Part shown: positions 1 to 10,228 of the stretch, piece after piece
Position numbering within the stretch: position 1 is the first letter of the stretch
Layout of the letters: the number at the start of each line of letters is the position of its first letter
Assembly: GCA_016748015.1 (NCBI GenBank)
Contig: JAAOMT010000038.1
Coordinates: 24,527 to 52,383, forward strand
Direction of reading: 5' to 3'
Source: Geosiphon pyriformis uo1
Taxonomy: Eukaryota > Fungi > Glomeromycota
DNA: 27,857 nt
The notes under the pieces: model-generated
Databases searched by the model: none
What the model was told of the DNA's origin: nothing
What the model saw: only the letters and a program-made list of their open reading frames with translations
Made by a program: the position numbers and the translations under genes

Positions 1-1439
1 TTCTTTTTTTTACATAATATCTTTGGCAAGTATTTAATGCTGTTTTTCGAATATTTTATTTATGTCTATGAATTTATGGATACAAAATAAAATTCTACTT
101 CACTTGTCAGGAAATTAAGTTGAGCTAAAGAGAAATTCGAGAGATAATCCGGATTAAAAATTTGATTCTAATTAATTTAAATGTAACATTTGAATGAACT
201 TATTAAACGTAAAATATTGATACAAAAATACACAAGCTCTATTGAAGAATCCGAAGATAAATTTTTAGTTATGCCTTTTGAAAAAATCTATTCATGGGAA
301 GAAATTCAAGATGTAGCAATCGATTGCAACATATTTATTTAAAGCATTCGAGTATAAATGGCTTCAAGCTCAGAGGGCTTTGATAAATACTGCTGGATTA
401 AAAGCTAAAGCGAAATAATTTTAAATTTACTAAAGCCACTTTCTATATCAAATAACAGTTTTTGGCAAGGTTGAAAGACTGACCGTGAAATTATCACAGC
501 CGATACCCTCAGGCTGATAATTAGATTTTTTTTTAATAAAAATCCTAGTTTTTGGCAATGATTGCAATTGCAAAAAGCCATTCAAGCCCAAGTGAATAAA
601 AATTTTTTATCTCTGAGGTATGACAAGGAAATATTCAAAATTATTATTTATCTCTTATGCCAAAAATAAATTCTGCCTAACAGCTAAAGTTTAGAAGAAC
701 ATAACACTAAATTTCTCTTTGTCCAAATCAGACCATTTACATGAGCTTTAGATGAGAACACGTATTTAAGTCTCAGTTTCTATGAATTGATATCTTATTT
801 CAAGTATTGAATAGAATTATTCGAACAATGAAAAAGAAGTTATTTTTTAATTTTACCTACATTGGTGCTGAATTATAAAGTGTAAATGTAAATCGTACAA
901 TGTTATTTAAAGAATAATATAAAATAAAATTATTATACTGATTAGGGTTAAAATATACTATCGAAAGCGTTATAAATAATATAAATTAAAAGGTGGTTTA
1001 TAATTTTTAATTTACGCTTATTGTGGAACCTTATTTTTTATTTATAATAATTATATTTAATACTTTAGCATTTATTTCAAAAACTACTTTTCACTATAAA
1101 GGAATTGTTAACCCAAAAGTCTATATTTGGTATTAAAAAGAAGCAATAATCGAGAGTTTATCTCATTTCATAAATTGCAATATTGCTAATAGATTTTGGT
1201 ATATATAATTTTTTATATGTCTACCAAATTGTATGAAAAAGATATAAAATAAAACTACGTTTTGTTAAAAAATAAAAAATTCTTTGTTTATTTCACTATT
1301 ACTAAAGAAAATATATTATGCAAACAAATATAACTCTAGAACTTAATACTTTGCTGCTTATAGGTTTTTACAAAAACCATCTGACCCAAAAGTGACAAAA
1401 AACGCTAAAATGCTCAGAAAGTGACAAATTAGACTCATC

Positions 1440-2560
1440 TTACCATACAATATTCTTTTATTCTTCATTTCAAACCCATTTTTTCTGACACCAATTCAAA
1501 TAAGCAATACATTGATTTTCGGCCAAAAGCTATTTTTAAAACAAAACCTCATATTTTGAATTGACTAATTCTGACACAGAATGTCTGGTCTCGTTTTAGA
1601 ATGTAAATAGATATTTTTGATTTTTTATCTGATAGAGACCATTTGATAATAAATTATGCCAGAAAAGGATAAAGTTTACATTTAATACAATGTTTAATTT
1701 AACTTTATAATATGCAGGGGACAAAAAGTAAAATTCACCTTCAATAGAATATTATTTAATTTTGTAATATACAAGGGGGACAAAAAGAATAAATAACGAC
1801 TTTTATTTTTCAAACTTTAGCAAGTAGTTGGAGACCAGAAACTAGATATATTATTTGATTCATAAAAAAATGCAATAAGAGTTTTATAGGCATCCTAAGT
1901 TATATTTTCGAATATCTGAGCGTAATCCAAAAAGTATTTCGAAAACAATTGATACCCTATTTGCATTCTATACATTTTGGTTATTCAATTTTAATGTCTA
2001 ATATAGCATTCGTAGCTAAACCCGAAAATTAGTTCTAGGTTTTTTAAATTCAAAACATATTTGATGCATAATTTTTTGATTATCAAAAAGTGATTTTGTA
2101 TCCCGCTGAAAGTTAGGATCAGATACTAATTCAGAAAAATGGATTGTGTAGTCACTTCATTTTCATGTAGATACATTACGAGCTTAAATAAAAAAATTTG
2201 ATGAAACATAATTTGATTATACTTTAAACTCAGAAATTGTTTGTACATCACCAAATACGTACATAAATTTTTACGATAAGTACTATTGAAAATAATTGAA
2301 AATTTCATGTTTTTGATTAATAACTTCCTTTGATATAAAGAAACTGGAGATTAGATAAAAAATCCGTATGCCTCGGATTATAAACCTTTTAATATGTAAT
2401 TCCAAATTTAGTTTTATATAATTTTCTTACCTAAACAAGTCACAAAATGACTTGTACTCAACGCTCTGCGAACAGAAACTTCAGTTTTGCATGATTATTC
2501 TTTTTCATTAATTTAAATTTCGTTTAATAGCTTATAAGTGGCGCGAGGACTCATGAAACT
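1440..2560 (-). pseudogene. Probable decayed multi-exon gene of unknown function
   Basis: The minus strand shows regularly spaced GT..AG segments (candidate introns 2386-2430, 2283-2324, 2183-2222) separating GC-richer blocks. These translate into protein-like text with stops and frameshifts (KTEVSVRRALSTSHFVTCLGL*SEAYGFFI*SPVSLYQRNTYRKN; FSELVSDPNFQRDTKSLFDNQK). No family recognised; boundaries approximate. Confidence 0.3.
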
Positions 2561-2979
2561 TTAATATTCAGAAATAGAAAATTTGATATTTTAAGAAACT
2601 CAAACAATATTGCTGTTGAAAATATAAACCAATTTTTAAAAATATAGAAACTCATTCCTTATCGATTGGAAAATATAATATAATTAATAAACTTATTTTA
2701 TATTGATATAGTAGGTATTTCAGAACAAAAGGATTAAATAGGTAAAAAAAATTATATGCTATCTCATATTATAATCTAAAGATCTTTCCGTGCCGCTATC
2801 TTTTTTATTTCCCTCTAAATTCGCATTTTTATTTATTGAATAACTGAATCAGTTGATTGCTTGTTAAGTTTTAAATCATGTATCAATAATTTGTCAAAAC
2901 GTCTTGGCCGAATTAGAATAAATAAGTTTCTTTGTCAATACAGAAATATTTTGAATGAGGAAACTTAATTTGAATCAAA

Positions 2980-3543
2980 ATGCTTTTGAGATTTTTCTTC
3001 CTATTTTTAGTTTTAATATCTTTGTCGTCACTCGCAAATTCCAAACAGCTAAAAAAATTGGTGGCTCAATGTGACGCTCCTTTTAATCCGATTTCTCAAT
3101 GAGAGTTGAATGATCGTTACTGTCTAAACGTTTATGCTCCACCTGCACATGCCATATTACTACGTTTGGGTTCGATGGAATAAAACAAATGAATGTAATC
3201 CTGAAACACTGTTATCAAATTTTATACTCATACGTCAAAATAACCCGAAAAGTGCAGATAATGTTGATAGCTCAAAGGTTAAATTAGAATGGCAAAAGCC
3301 TATTACTTTTAATGTTCAAGAATTTCAATATGAATGGATCGTTCCTTTAATTTTGGTAGGCGAAGTGAAAAATATTAGTTTATTTATATTATGGTTTCAA
3401 CTAATAACCTTTTTAACGGGGCTGGATATACCATTTCTGGTATTGCTGGGAGTAAACCTGATATAGAAAGTAAAACACTTTTCGCTCCGTCAGTTATACC
3501 AATTAGAGGAAAGAATAGCACAAGTAGTTCAATGACTCTTTGA
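2980..3543 (+). pseudogene. Small secreted protein pseudogene (signal peptide; in-frame stop, frameshift, degenerate intron)
   Basis: ATG at 2980 gives MLLRFFFLFLVLISLSSLANS-KQLKK..., a typical signal peptide. There is a TGA at 3100-3102 and reading continues ELNDRYCLNVYAPPA. It then shifts into the ORF-track frame (YYYVWVRWNKTNEC...FQYEWIVP). After an AT-rich intron-like stretch (~3356-3418) a last exon reads GAGYTISGIAGSKPDIESKTLFAPSVIPIRGKNSTSSSMTL*, with the stop at 3541-3543. Confidence 0.55.
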
Positions 3544-4613
3544 TGAATTTAAAAATCTAGTTCTTTTATGGTCTAGATCTTTAAATTTCCCTTCATTCTT
3601 TTGAACCTATTTTAAGTGCTACAGGTTGAAATTATCTTTTTCACCGATTTTCAAAGAAATTTTCAAGCAGCTTTTGGATTTCAGACGCAGTCTAGCTTAG
3701 CCAGTTTATTTAGTTCAAGATCGATATTCATTTTTGCCTTTGATTGATTGTTTGGTTTTCGTAAAAGAGTCAAGATTCTTTCAAAAAGCTCATAATACTA
3801 TTTCAAAATGCTGCCTATTTATTTTTTATTAACATCATTCTTTATTAAAATGACCCAATGAGAGTAATTAGCGAAAAAAGTATGTTAAAAGCATTACAAA
3901 TTTTTCCAGCCAACTTACATCTATCCGATAACTTAAAATAATTTCATATTAAAGCTCTTTAAACACTTATTATGTCTTTATTTGGGTTTCTTACGTTCCA
4001 AAAACTGGAAACATCTTTCACGTTTTGAAAAGAAAATTTTTCCCTTATTTAAACTTAACGATAAATTGTAGTTTGATTTCGCCTGTATTTTTTAAATATC
4101 TTATTGAAAATGACAAGGAAGCATATTTAGTATTAATAAATTCTGGAAACATATATCTGTTTACTTCTTTGGTTTAGGCAATTCATCTAAATTTAAATTT
4201 TTACTGAATTTTAAAATGCTTTCTTATTTAAAGAAATTGAGGTTTAATTGAGGCATAAAAAAGATTGCAGGTTAAAGAATTGGGGTTAAATTGATTCCTT
4301 TGCCCTTAAAATAATTTATTGAAGTTGAATCTTTGTAAATTTAGAAGGTAAACAAAGGTTTTAAATTTGTCTTAATGAGAAGTTTTTTGAATCTTTGATA
4401 GTAGAAACGATTAAAGGTTTAAAGTATATGTACTGTTGATTAATTGTAAATTTGATTATCCATAGCTGAACATTGAATATTCTCAATGCAATTTTGGGAT
4501 GTGTGAACTATAGAGTTTTTTGTGACTTTATTAAGTTAGATGATTGCTTTTTTATTATTTTATGTGATTCTTTGCGAAAATATACTCGATTCAAAAGATC
4601 TGTTTTAATTTGG

Positions 4614-5231
4614 CTAATAGAATGGATTAAAGGCTCTTTGAGATTGGTTGGTGGGATGAATGAACACATCTTCAACTTTGTATTGGGTTCTGAAGGATAA
4701 AGGGAATTCTTTTTTCAAAGTTGAGAAATGGTGAGGTTCTTGATAGCATGTCTCTACATTCTGTTCTAATTGGGTATGAAAGTTAAATTGCTCGCTTCTA
4801 GTATTAGATTCTGAATAGTGTGAACGAATGGTTGGGAGTTTAGTCTTTTTTCGATTATTATTTTCAAATTTATTCATGCTATTCCATTGGATCCAATTTT
4901 GCTTGTTAGATGAGATAGACTTTATCTGCTCAATTATCAACAATTTTCTTGCTTCTTGTGAGAATTCATCATACCATTTCTTAACATGAGCAGGTTCATT
5001 TTTCCAAACAGAACCAATCACTTTTGAAATCTCTGTCATTCCTGGCTTGAATCCTTGCTTCTGTAGTTCTCTTAAATATTGGCCTCGATAAATAATGAAT
5101 CCGTTCTGAGGTTTTACCAATTTTTGGCTATTCCTTTTCTTGTGGATGATATCGGATGCCTGAAGTTGTGGTGGGAAAGGCATGTTTATTTTCATATTTG
5201 AAAAGCTGGTAGTTGGCTCTTGAGCTTTCAT
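4614..5231 (-). CDS. MATA_HMG-type HMG-box transcription factor, 205 aa
   Basis: HMG box at aa ~39-100 (nt 4932-5117): VKPQNGFIIYR...MTEISKVIGSVWKNEPAHVKKWYDEFSQEARKL, matching the P-x-N-x-F-I-x-Y-R, ISK-x-x-G-x-x-W and K-x-x-Y signatures. It is preceded by PFPPQLQASDII, a leader resembling that of arbuscular mycorrhizal fungal HMG proteins. Uninterrupted ORF from an ATG. Confidence 0.92.
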   Translation of the reverse strand: MKAQEPTTSFSNMKINMPFPPQLQASDIIHKKRNSQKLVKPQNGFIIYRGQYLRELQKQGFKPGMTEISKVIGSVWKNEPAHVKKWYDEFSQEARKLLIIEQIKSISSNKQNWIQWNSMNKFENNNRKKTKLPTIRSHYSESNTRSEQFNFHTQLEQNVETCYQEPHHFSTLKKEFPLSFRTQYKVEDVFIHPTNQSQRAFNPFY

Positions 5232-6848
5232 TATTTAATAATAAACTTCTTTTTTGGAATTTATTTTCAATTTCTTATTTCGGGATTTCTTTGCCTAATT
5301 GAATAGTTTTTTCTTTATATAAACGGATTTTTATTGCCTTCAATTATTTTTGAGAATTTTCATTTATCTGACTTTTTATAGTTATTATAAGAAAAAGTTG
5401 ATTAAAGAAAATTCAAACTTTTTATCTAAAGTTTTTAAGTAATGGTTTCGTTTAGATTACTAAATTTATCCACAAAACTACATATTAACTTAAAATAGAT
5501 TCCTTTTTTGGTTCCTTCATTGAACGGTCAAACCAGATTACTTTTATTGTCTAAAGAAATGAAGCCCAGCCAAAATTTCTTTGAGCGTTACAAAATAATC
5601 AAGATTTTCAATGCACCTACTGAGAAAGCTAAATACTTTATCGAACAGTTGCAAGCATATATTACCAAAAAAATTGTTTTCCTTTTAATAAGGATGTGAC
5701 GCATATTATAAGCCACAAACCTAAAATTCTTAGCTTTTTAAAGCTCAGACAAATTATTTCCTATTAGTGAGACACAATAAGCCGAGCAGAAAATGTGAAT
5801 AAATTTCTATGAACAAAAATATTAAAAGACGTTATAGATAATATAGAGTTAGATTTTTTCTTTTTAAAATTTTAAGGTATCTCTGTTTTAGAAATAGCTA
5901 CTAAGATGATTAGAGTCCAATTTTTTTTTTTTGAAGATTCACTTAAATTGAAGAAAATGCTTAGTTTTATCTATCTAAAATAATCTCAATGAGAAAATGT
6001 AATTGGCAATAACCGTTCCCCCATTTATAAGATGAATCATAAAATTACTTTTTAAATAAATAAATAAAACAAAGTTCTTACTCTTGGGACCCCAAATAGG
6101 ATCCAAAGATTTCCCTTTTAAAGTTCTTTTTTCGGAATTTGCCTGTAACTACTTGAGGATTTTATCATACGTAATGAACTTTTTTTAAGCATTTTAATTT
6201 ATATTAATTTGGACTTCTCAACATCAATGACTTTACTTTGATAACTTGATAGATGAATAATGAGTTTCATTTTTGGACTTTATATAAAGATATTCCGTGA
6301 GAGATTGTATTTAAGATCAAGATCTCTTTCGATAAAAAAAATCATAATAATTACAAAAAAACCAGAAATTACTACTTTTTTGTCAAGGAATATCCATCCA
6401 ATTGAGTGCAAGGCTCTAAATTCAACCAAAGCTTTTACTCAAGCAGTTAATGAGGCTTAAATTACTTTATTCGTTTTTCATTCAAAGAAAACTGATCTTG
6501 GATGGCATATTTCAAGTTAGAGATGAGTAATTTGTCATTTTTTTTATATTAAATTTTTCTTATGATAAAGTTCTTTTAAACTTTGACACAAATAAACACA
6601 AAGCTTAATTCTAATTTTAAAGTTAAGTTTACTCCAAACAATTATACTCAATGATAAAGTAATAGAATTAATATTATGATTAAAAGTTACTAATGCAAAA
6701 AGTATTACGTTTTCAAATTCTAAGACCATAATTGAAATTAAAAAATATTATTTTTAATTTTTTTAAAATTAATTAAATCAATTATTAATTTATCGTTAAG
6801 AAAAATATAAAATAATTATTTTATTTTTATTTTTACTTTTATTTTTAC

Positions 6849-6979
<131 letters not shown>

Positions 6980-7565
6980 GGTTATAAACAACATTAATCA
7001 TTAAATAAATTTTTTATAAATATATTTAAATCTCAATTTTTGTTATTATTAATTAATAAATACAAAAATATTTTATATTTATATTTAATTAATTGTTTTT
7101 GGTCAAATGATTTTATTTACTTACTTATTTTGCTATACGAATGTATTCCAATCAATATCTATTTACATACACCTTAACACCGTGGTGACTCACACCCCTT
7201 ACTACGCGTGACCAGTCACCCAGGTTTTTAATATCAAATTGTTAATCTTTTAAAATTAAAATAATTAAAAATTAAAATCTTCAAATTATATTATTATTTA
7301 GCTTAAAAAATTAAAAATTAAATATAAATTTATATATATGCTTAATTATTTTAAAACTATTTCTTAGTTAATAAATTGTTTATTTTGTTAAATTCATTTT
7401 TTTGTATTACAAAAATACGACAGATTTTTAAAATTTATATATAAATATGAATTTTACAATTCTTTTTTTTTCTTGGAAACCAGCTAAACACGATATTTTG
7501 TTGCTACAATTTTTAATAATTCAAAAGTATAAACATTATAAGTCATTATATAGGATAGAATACAG

Positions 7566-7644
7566 AAATATAAAGAGAATGAGAAATCACAAATATAAAG
7601 AGAATGAGAGATCACAAATATAAAGAGAATGAGAAATCACAAAT
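7566..7644. repeat. 25-bp minisatellite, ~3.2 copies (AAATATAAAGAGAATGAGAAATCAC)
   Basis: Units at 7566-7590, 7591-7615 (one mismatch) and 7616-7640, plus a partial AAAT. Confidence 0.95.
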
Positions 7645-8553
7645 GTTCCTCATCAAGTAACTATAAATTGATAATAAATTGACGAGGGTATATGTTGAAA
7701 AAGGAGTCAGTCTATCATATGAGTTTTCGCATAGAAATAGGATGGATGATTGGGAAAAATCTTTGTGTACAAATGATTGAATTGACTAAAAAGTTAGGCG
7801 AGTTATTTGACTTAGTTATTTTAGTTAGCCTTAATAAATCAAATGTAAAGTACTTATAGAATGATTAATTTGGATTGGTAGAAAAAGTTAAAGGTTGGTT
7901 CGAGGAATTTTTTGTTTTTTTTTTTAAATTATACAATAAAACTGAACTAATTATTTGTTTTAATTTAATAAAAGAATTTTTGGTCTAGAAAAAAAAATAA
8001 TTTCCGACTTTATTGGTTTCATGTAAAATTATAAAAAATATGTATGCTATGGGAAATTTACATCTGAAAATCAAATGATTTCGTGCAGATTTCTATATGC
8101 AATCTAAAAGCATAACGTATGCATTGAGAGTATATAATTTCGACTACAGGAAGATGATACTGCCAAGCCTTTTACATTTTATGACATCAGTTAATATTTA
8201 TGATTGGCTTTTAGAGTTCTAGTAGCTATTATTGGGTTTACCATTTAGAGCTTAGCAGCTATTGCCTTAAAAATAGATAACCTATTAAAAAAAAAACTAA
8301 CACTCCACATTTAAATACCATTGAATCAAATTAAAATCCCAAATCAAGTTTTTTCAAGTAATCATTAAATATTCAATGATTCTTAGTTATGAAAAGGTTG
8401 AGTTTTATCCTTTGAATTTTTTTGGGGTCAATTGAACGAATAGACGATTAAAGCTAGCAACGTGAAAAGAAGCCATTAAAGTTCCAGAGATTGTATTGGT
8501 CCCAACATTTGAATCAATTAAGGCTCCTTACTCTGAATTAAAGAAAGTAAAAC

Positions 8554-8691
8554 TTTACAAGTGGTCTTTAGTAACATCTTTAAATACCGGTGCTAAACAC
8601 GTTTCATGATTTGAAAGCAAGTTTTATAATTGGTCTTTAGTAGCATCTTAAAAAACCGGTGTAAAACCCATTTCATAATTTGAGAGCCAGG
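8554..8691. repeat. Diverged 69-bp tandem duplication (23 codons) inside the subtilase pseudogene
   Basis: TGGTCTTTAGTAACATCTTTAAATACCGGTG at 8562 versus TGGTCTTTAGTAGCATCTTAAAAAACCGGTG at 8631; period 69. Confidence 0.9.
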
Positions 8692-8892
8692 CTCATTTTT
8701 CTTCAATCTGAGAAACACCAAAAGTGATTGCTTTATCAGTGGCAGCTGGAAAATAATCACAGGAATCATGATTCTCATTTCTGACAACACATCCAAAATC
8801 GACAGCCTAAACCAAAAAATGGTCAAAGAACAAATTAATTTAAACAAATATGGTGGAATTAAGCATTTAATTACTAGATTAATTCAATACAA

Positions 8893-8930
8893 ACATACAT
8901 ATATACATACATACATACATACATACATAC
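8893..8930. repeat. (CATA)n microsatellite at the intron donor of the subtilase pseudogene
   Basis: ACATACATATATACATACATAC... read directly; on the minus strand it reiterates the GTAT donor. Confidence 0.9.
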
Positions 8931-9326
8931 ACCATTGACAGCGACGTACAATATTCTACTTTTGCCTCATATTAGCATCTGGATTTCTGCATGATCTTTT
9001 TCAAAGACTAAAAAAATGTTATTTTGGTTATAAATGAGATGAACACACGCGAATCCAGATTATAATTTATGTCTAAAAAAAGAGAAGTAGGGAAAGGATA
9101 AAAAGGAAAAAGGAGAGAAAGAAAAGATTCTGATAAAATTCATTATGTTATTAGACTGGTTAATTTGATAAAAGTTTTATTTTATTTGAGTTTAAAAATT
9201 AAATTATTTTGCAAAAAACTTTAAATCTTATTTATTCAAAATAAAAAAAAAATATTTTAAAAATAAAAATAAAAGTAAAAATTGTTTGCTTTTAATTTAT
9301 TAAATTATTAGTTGTTCATATTTACT

Positions 9327-9359
<33 letters not shown>

Positions 9360-10129
9360 TAATTTTTTTAATTAGATTTTCATTTTAATATATTGTAAAT
9401 AAATATTAAATAAATATTAAATTCAATCTCTAATGTTGATGATAATTTTAAAAATATATATATACATATTTGTTTTATTCTATTTTTTTCAAGACCAGTT
9501 AAATATAAATTTTAATAAATAAATAAATAAAATTTATTATTTAATGAAAAATATATATATATATACCATAAATTAATTAAATTAACTTTCTATAAAAATT
9601 AGTATCAGTGATCAGTTTTTTTTATTAATGAAAAATCAGGCTCTTAGATTTCTTATAAAAAGTTTCTATAACTGAAAGACAATTTCTTGGTCATCTATAG
9701 AAATTTAATGAATCTCATTCTCAAGAGTACAAATCACAAATTCTTAATACTAATTTAAATTTATCATAAAATTCAGATTATCAATAAACATTCATAACAA
9801 AAACGTAACAGCTTATTTTAAAAATGTTGCCTAAATCTTATTTTGTTTAAACATTTGAGTCTTCTTTGGAAAACAAAAAAAAACTATAAATTAAAGTCTT
9901 CAGCCTACTACCCATATCAAGAAAAAAAGTTAAAAAGTATTGGCTCTCACTTTCCTAGTGCAAATTCCATGAAAATCGCAAACCTGGTTTAACACGTGAT
10001 TGTGATCTTCCAATAAGATGAATAAAATAATTTCAAATGAAATTGTGTTTAAAAATCATTGTTTTTAATTTTGGCTATTGATTCCTGTCATAATTTTTTC
10101 AAGTGAAAATATCGAGCGAACGAAATTTT

Positions 10130-10206
10130 CTAAAAAAAAAATGAAATATTGTCAAAAGATGTCTTATATATCCCAAAAACTATAATAATTAATCTATCTA
10201 TCTTAC
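10130..10206 (-). other. Candidate 77-nt intron in the 3' UTR of the HTH-domain gene
   Basis: G|GTAAGA donor at 10206, 22 nt after the TGA; long poly-T tract ending in TAG at 10130. Confidence 0.45.
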
Positions 10207-10228
10207 CAATCCTTCGTTCTAAACATTT

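Larger units (their letters stand above)
8405..9007 (-). pseudogene. Subtilisin-like serine protease (S8, proteinase K/cerevisin family) pseudogene, C-terminal part of the catalytic domain
   Basis: Manual translation across a GTATGT..TTTAG intron (8807-8930): ANM-[deletion]-GKSRILYVAVNG|AVDFGCVVRNENHDSCDYFPAATDKAITFGVSQIEEK*AWLSNY...TNTISGTLMASFHVAS. The family consensus is ANMSLGGGKS..LD.AVN.AV..G....VAAGNEN.DAC.YSPA....AITVGAS....RA.FSNYG...TNTISGTSMASPHVAG. Several in-frame stops; the catalytic Ser codon (8477-8479) now reads TTA. Confidence 0.9.

Noticed and set aside
190-420. Fragment FEKIYSWEEIQDV resembling the C-terminus of quinone oxidoreductase/MDR enzymes
   Set aside because: Too short and lacks supporting flanking motifs.
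5314-5321. TATA-like box upstream of the HMG gene
   Set aside because: Not distinguishable from background in DNA this AT-rich.
7566-7644. Possible CRISPR-like array
   Set aside because: Units are directly adjacent with no spacers, there are no cas genes, and the context is eukaryotic.
7720-7925. RNRMDDWEKSL fragment, possibly the 3' end of a non-LTR retroelement
   Set aside because: No RT or RNase H motif is recognisable.
8593-8847. 84-aa minus-strand ORF
   Set aside because: Wrong frame of the subtilase pseudogene and it runs into its intron.
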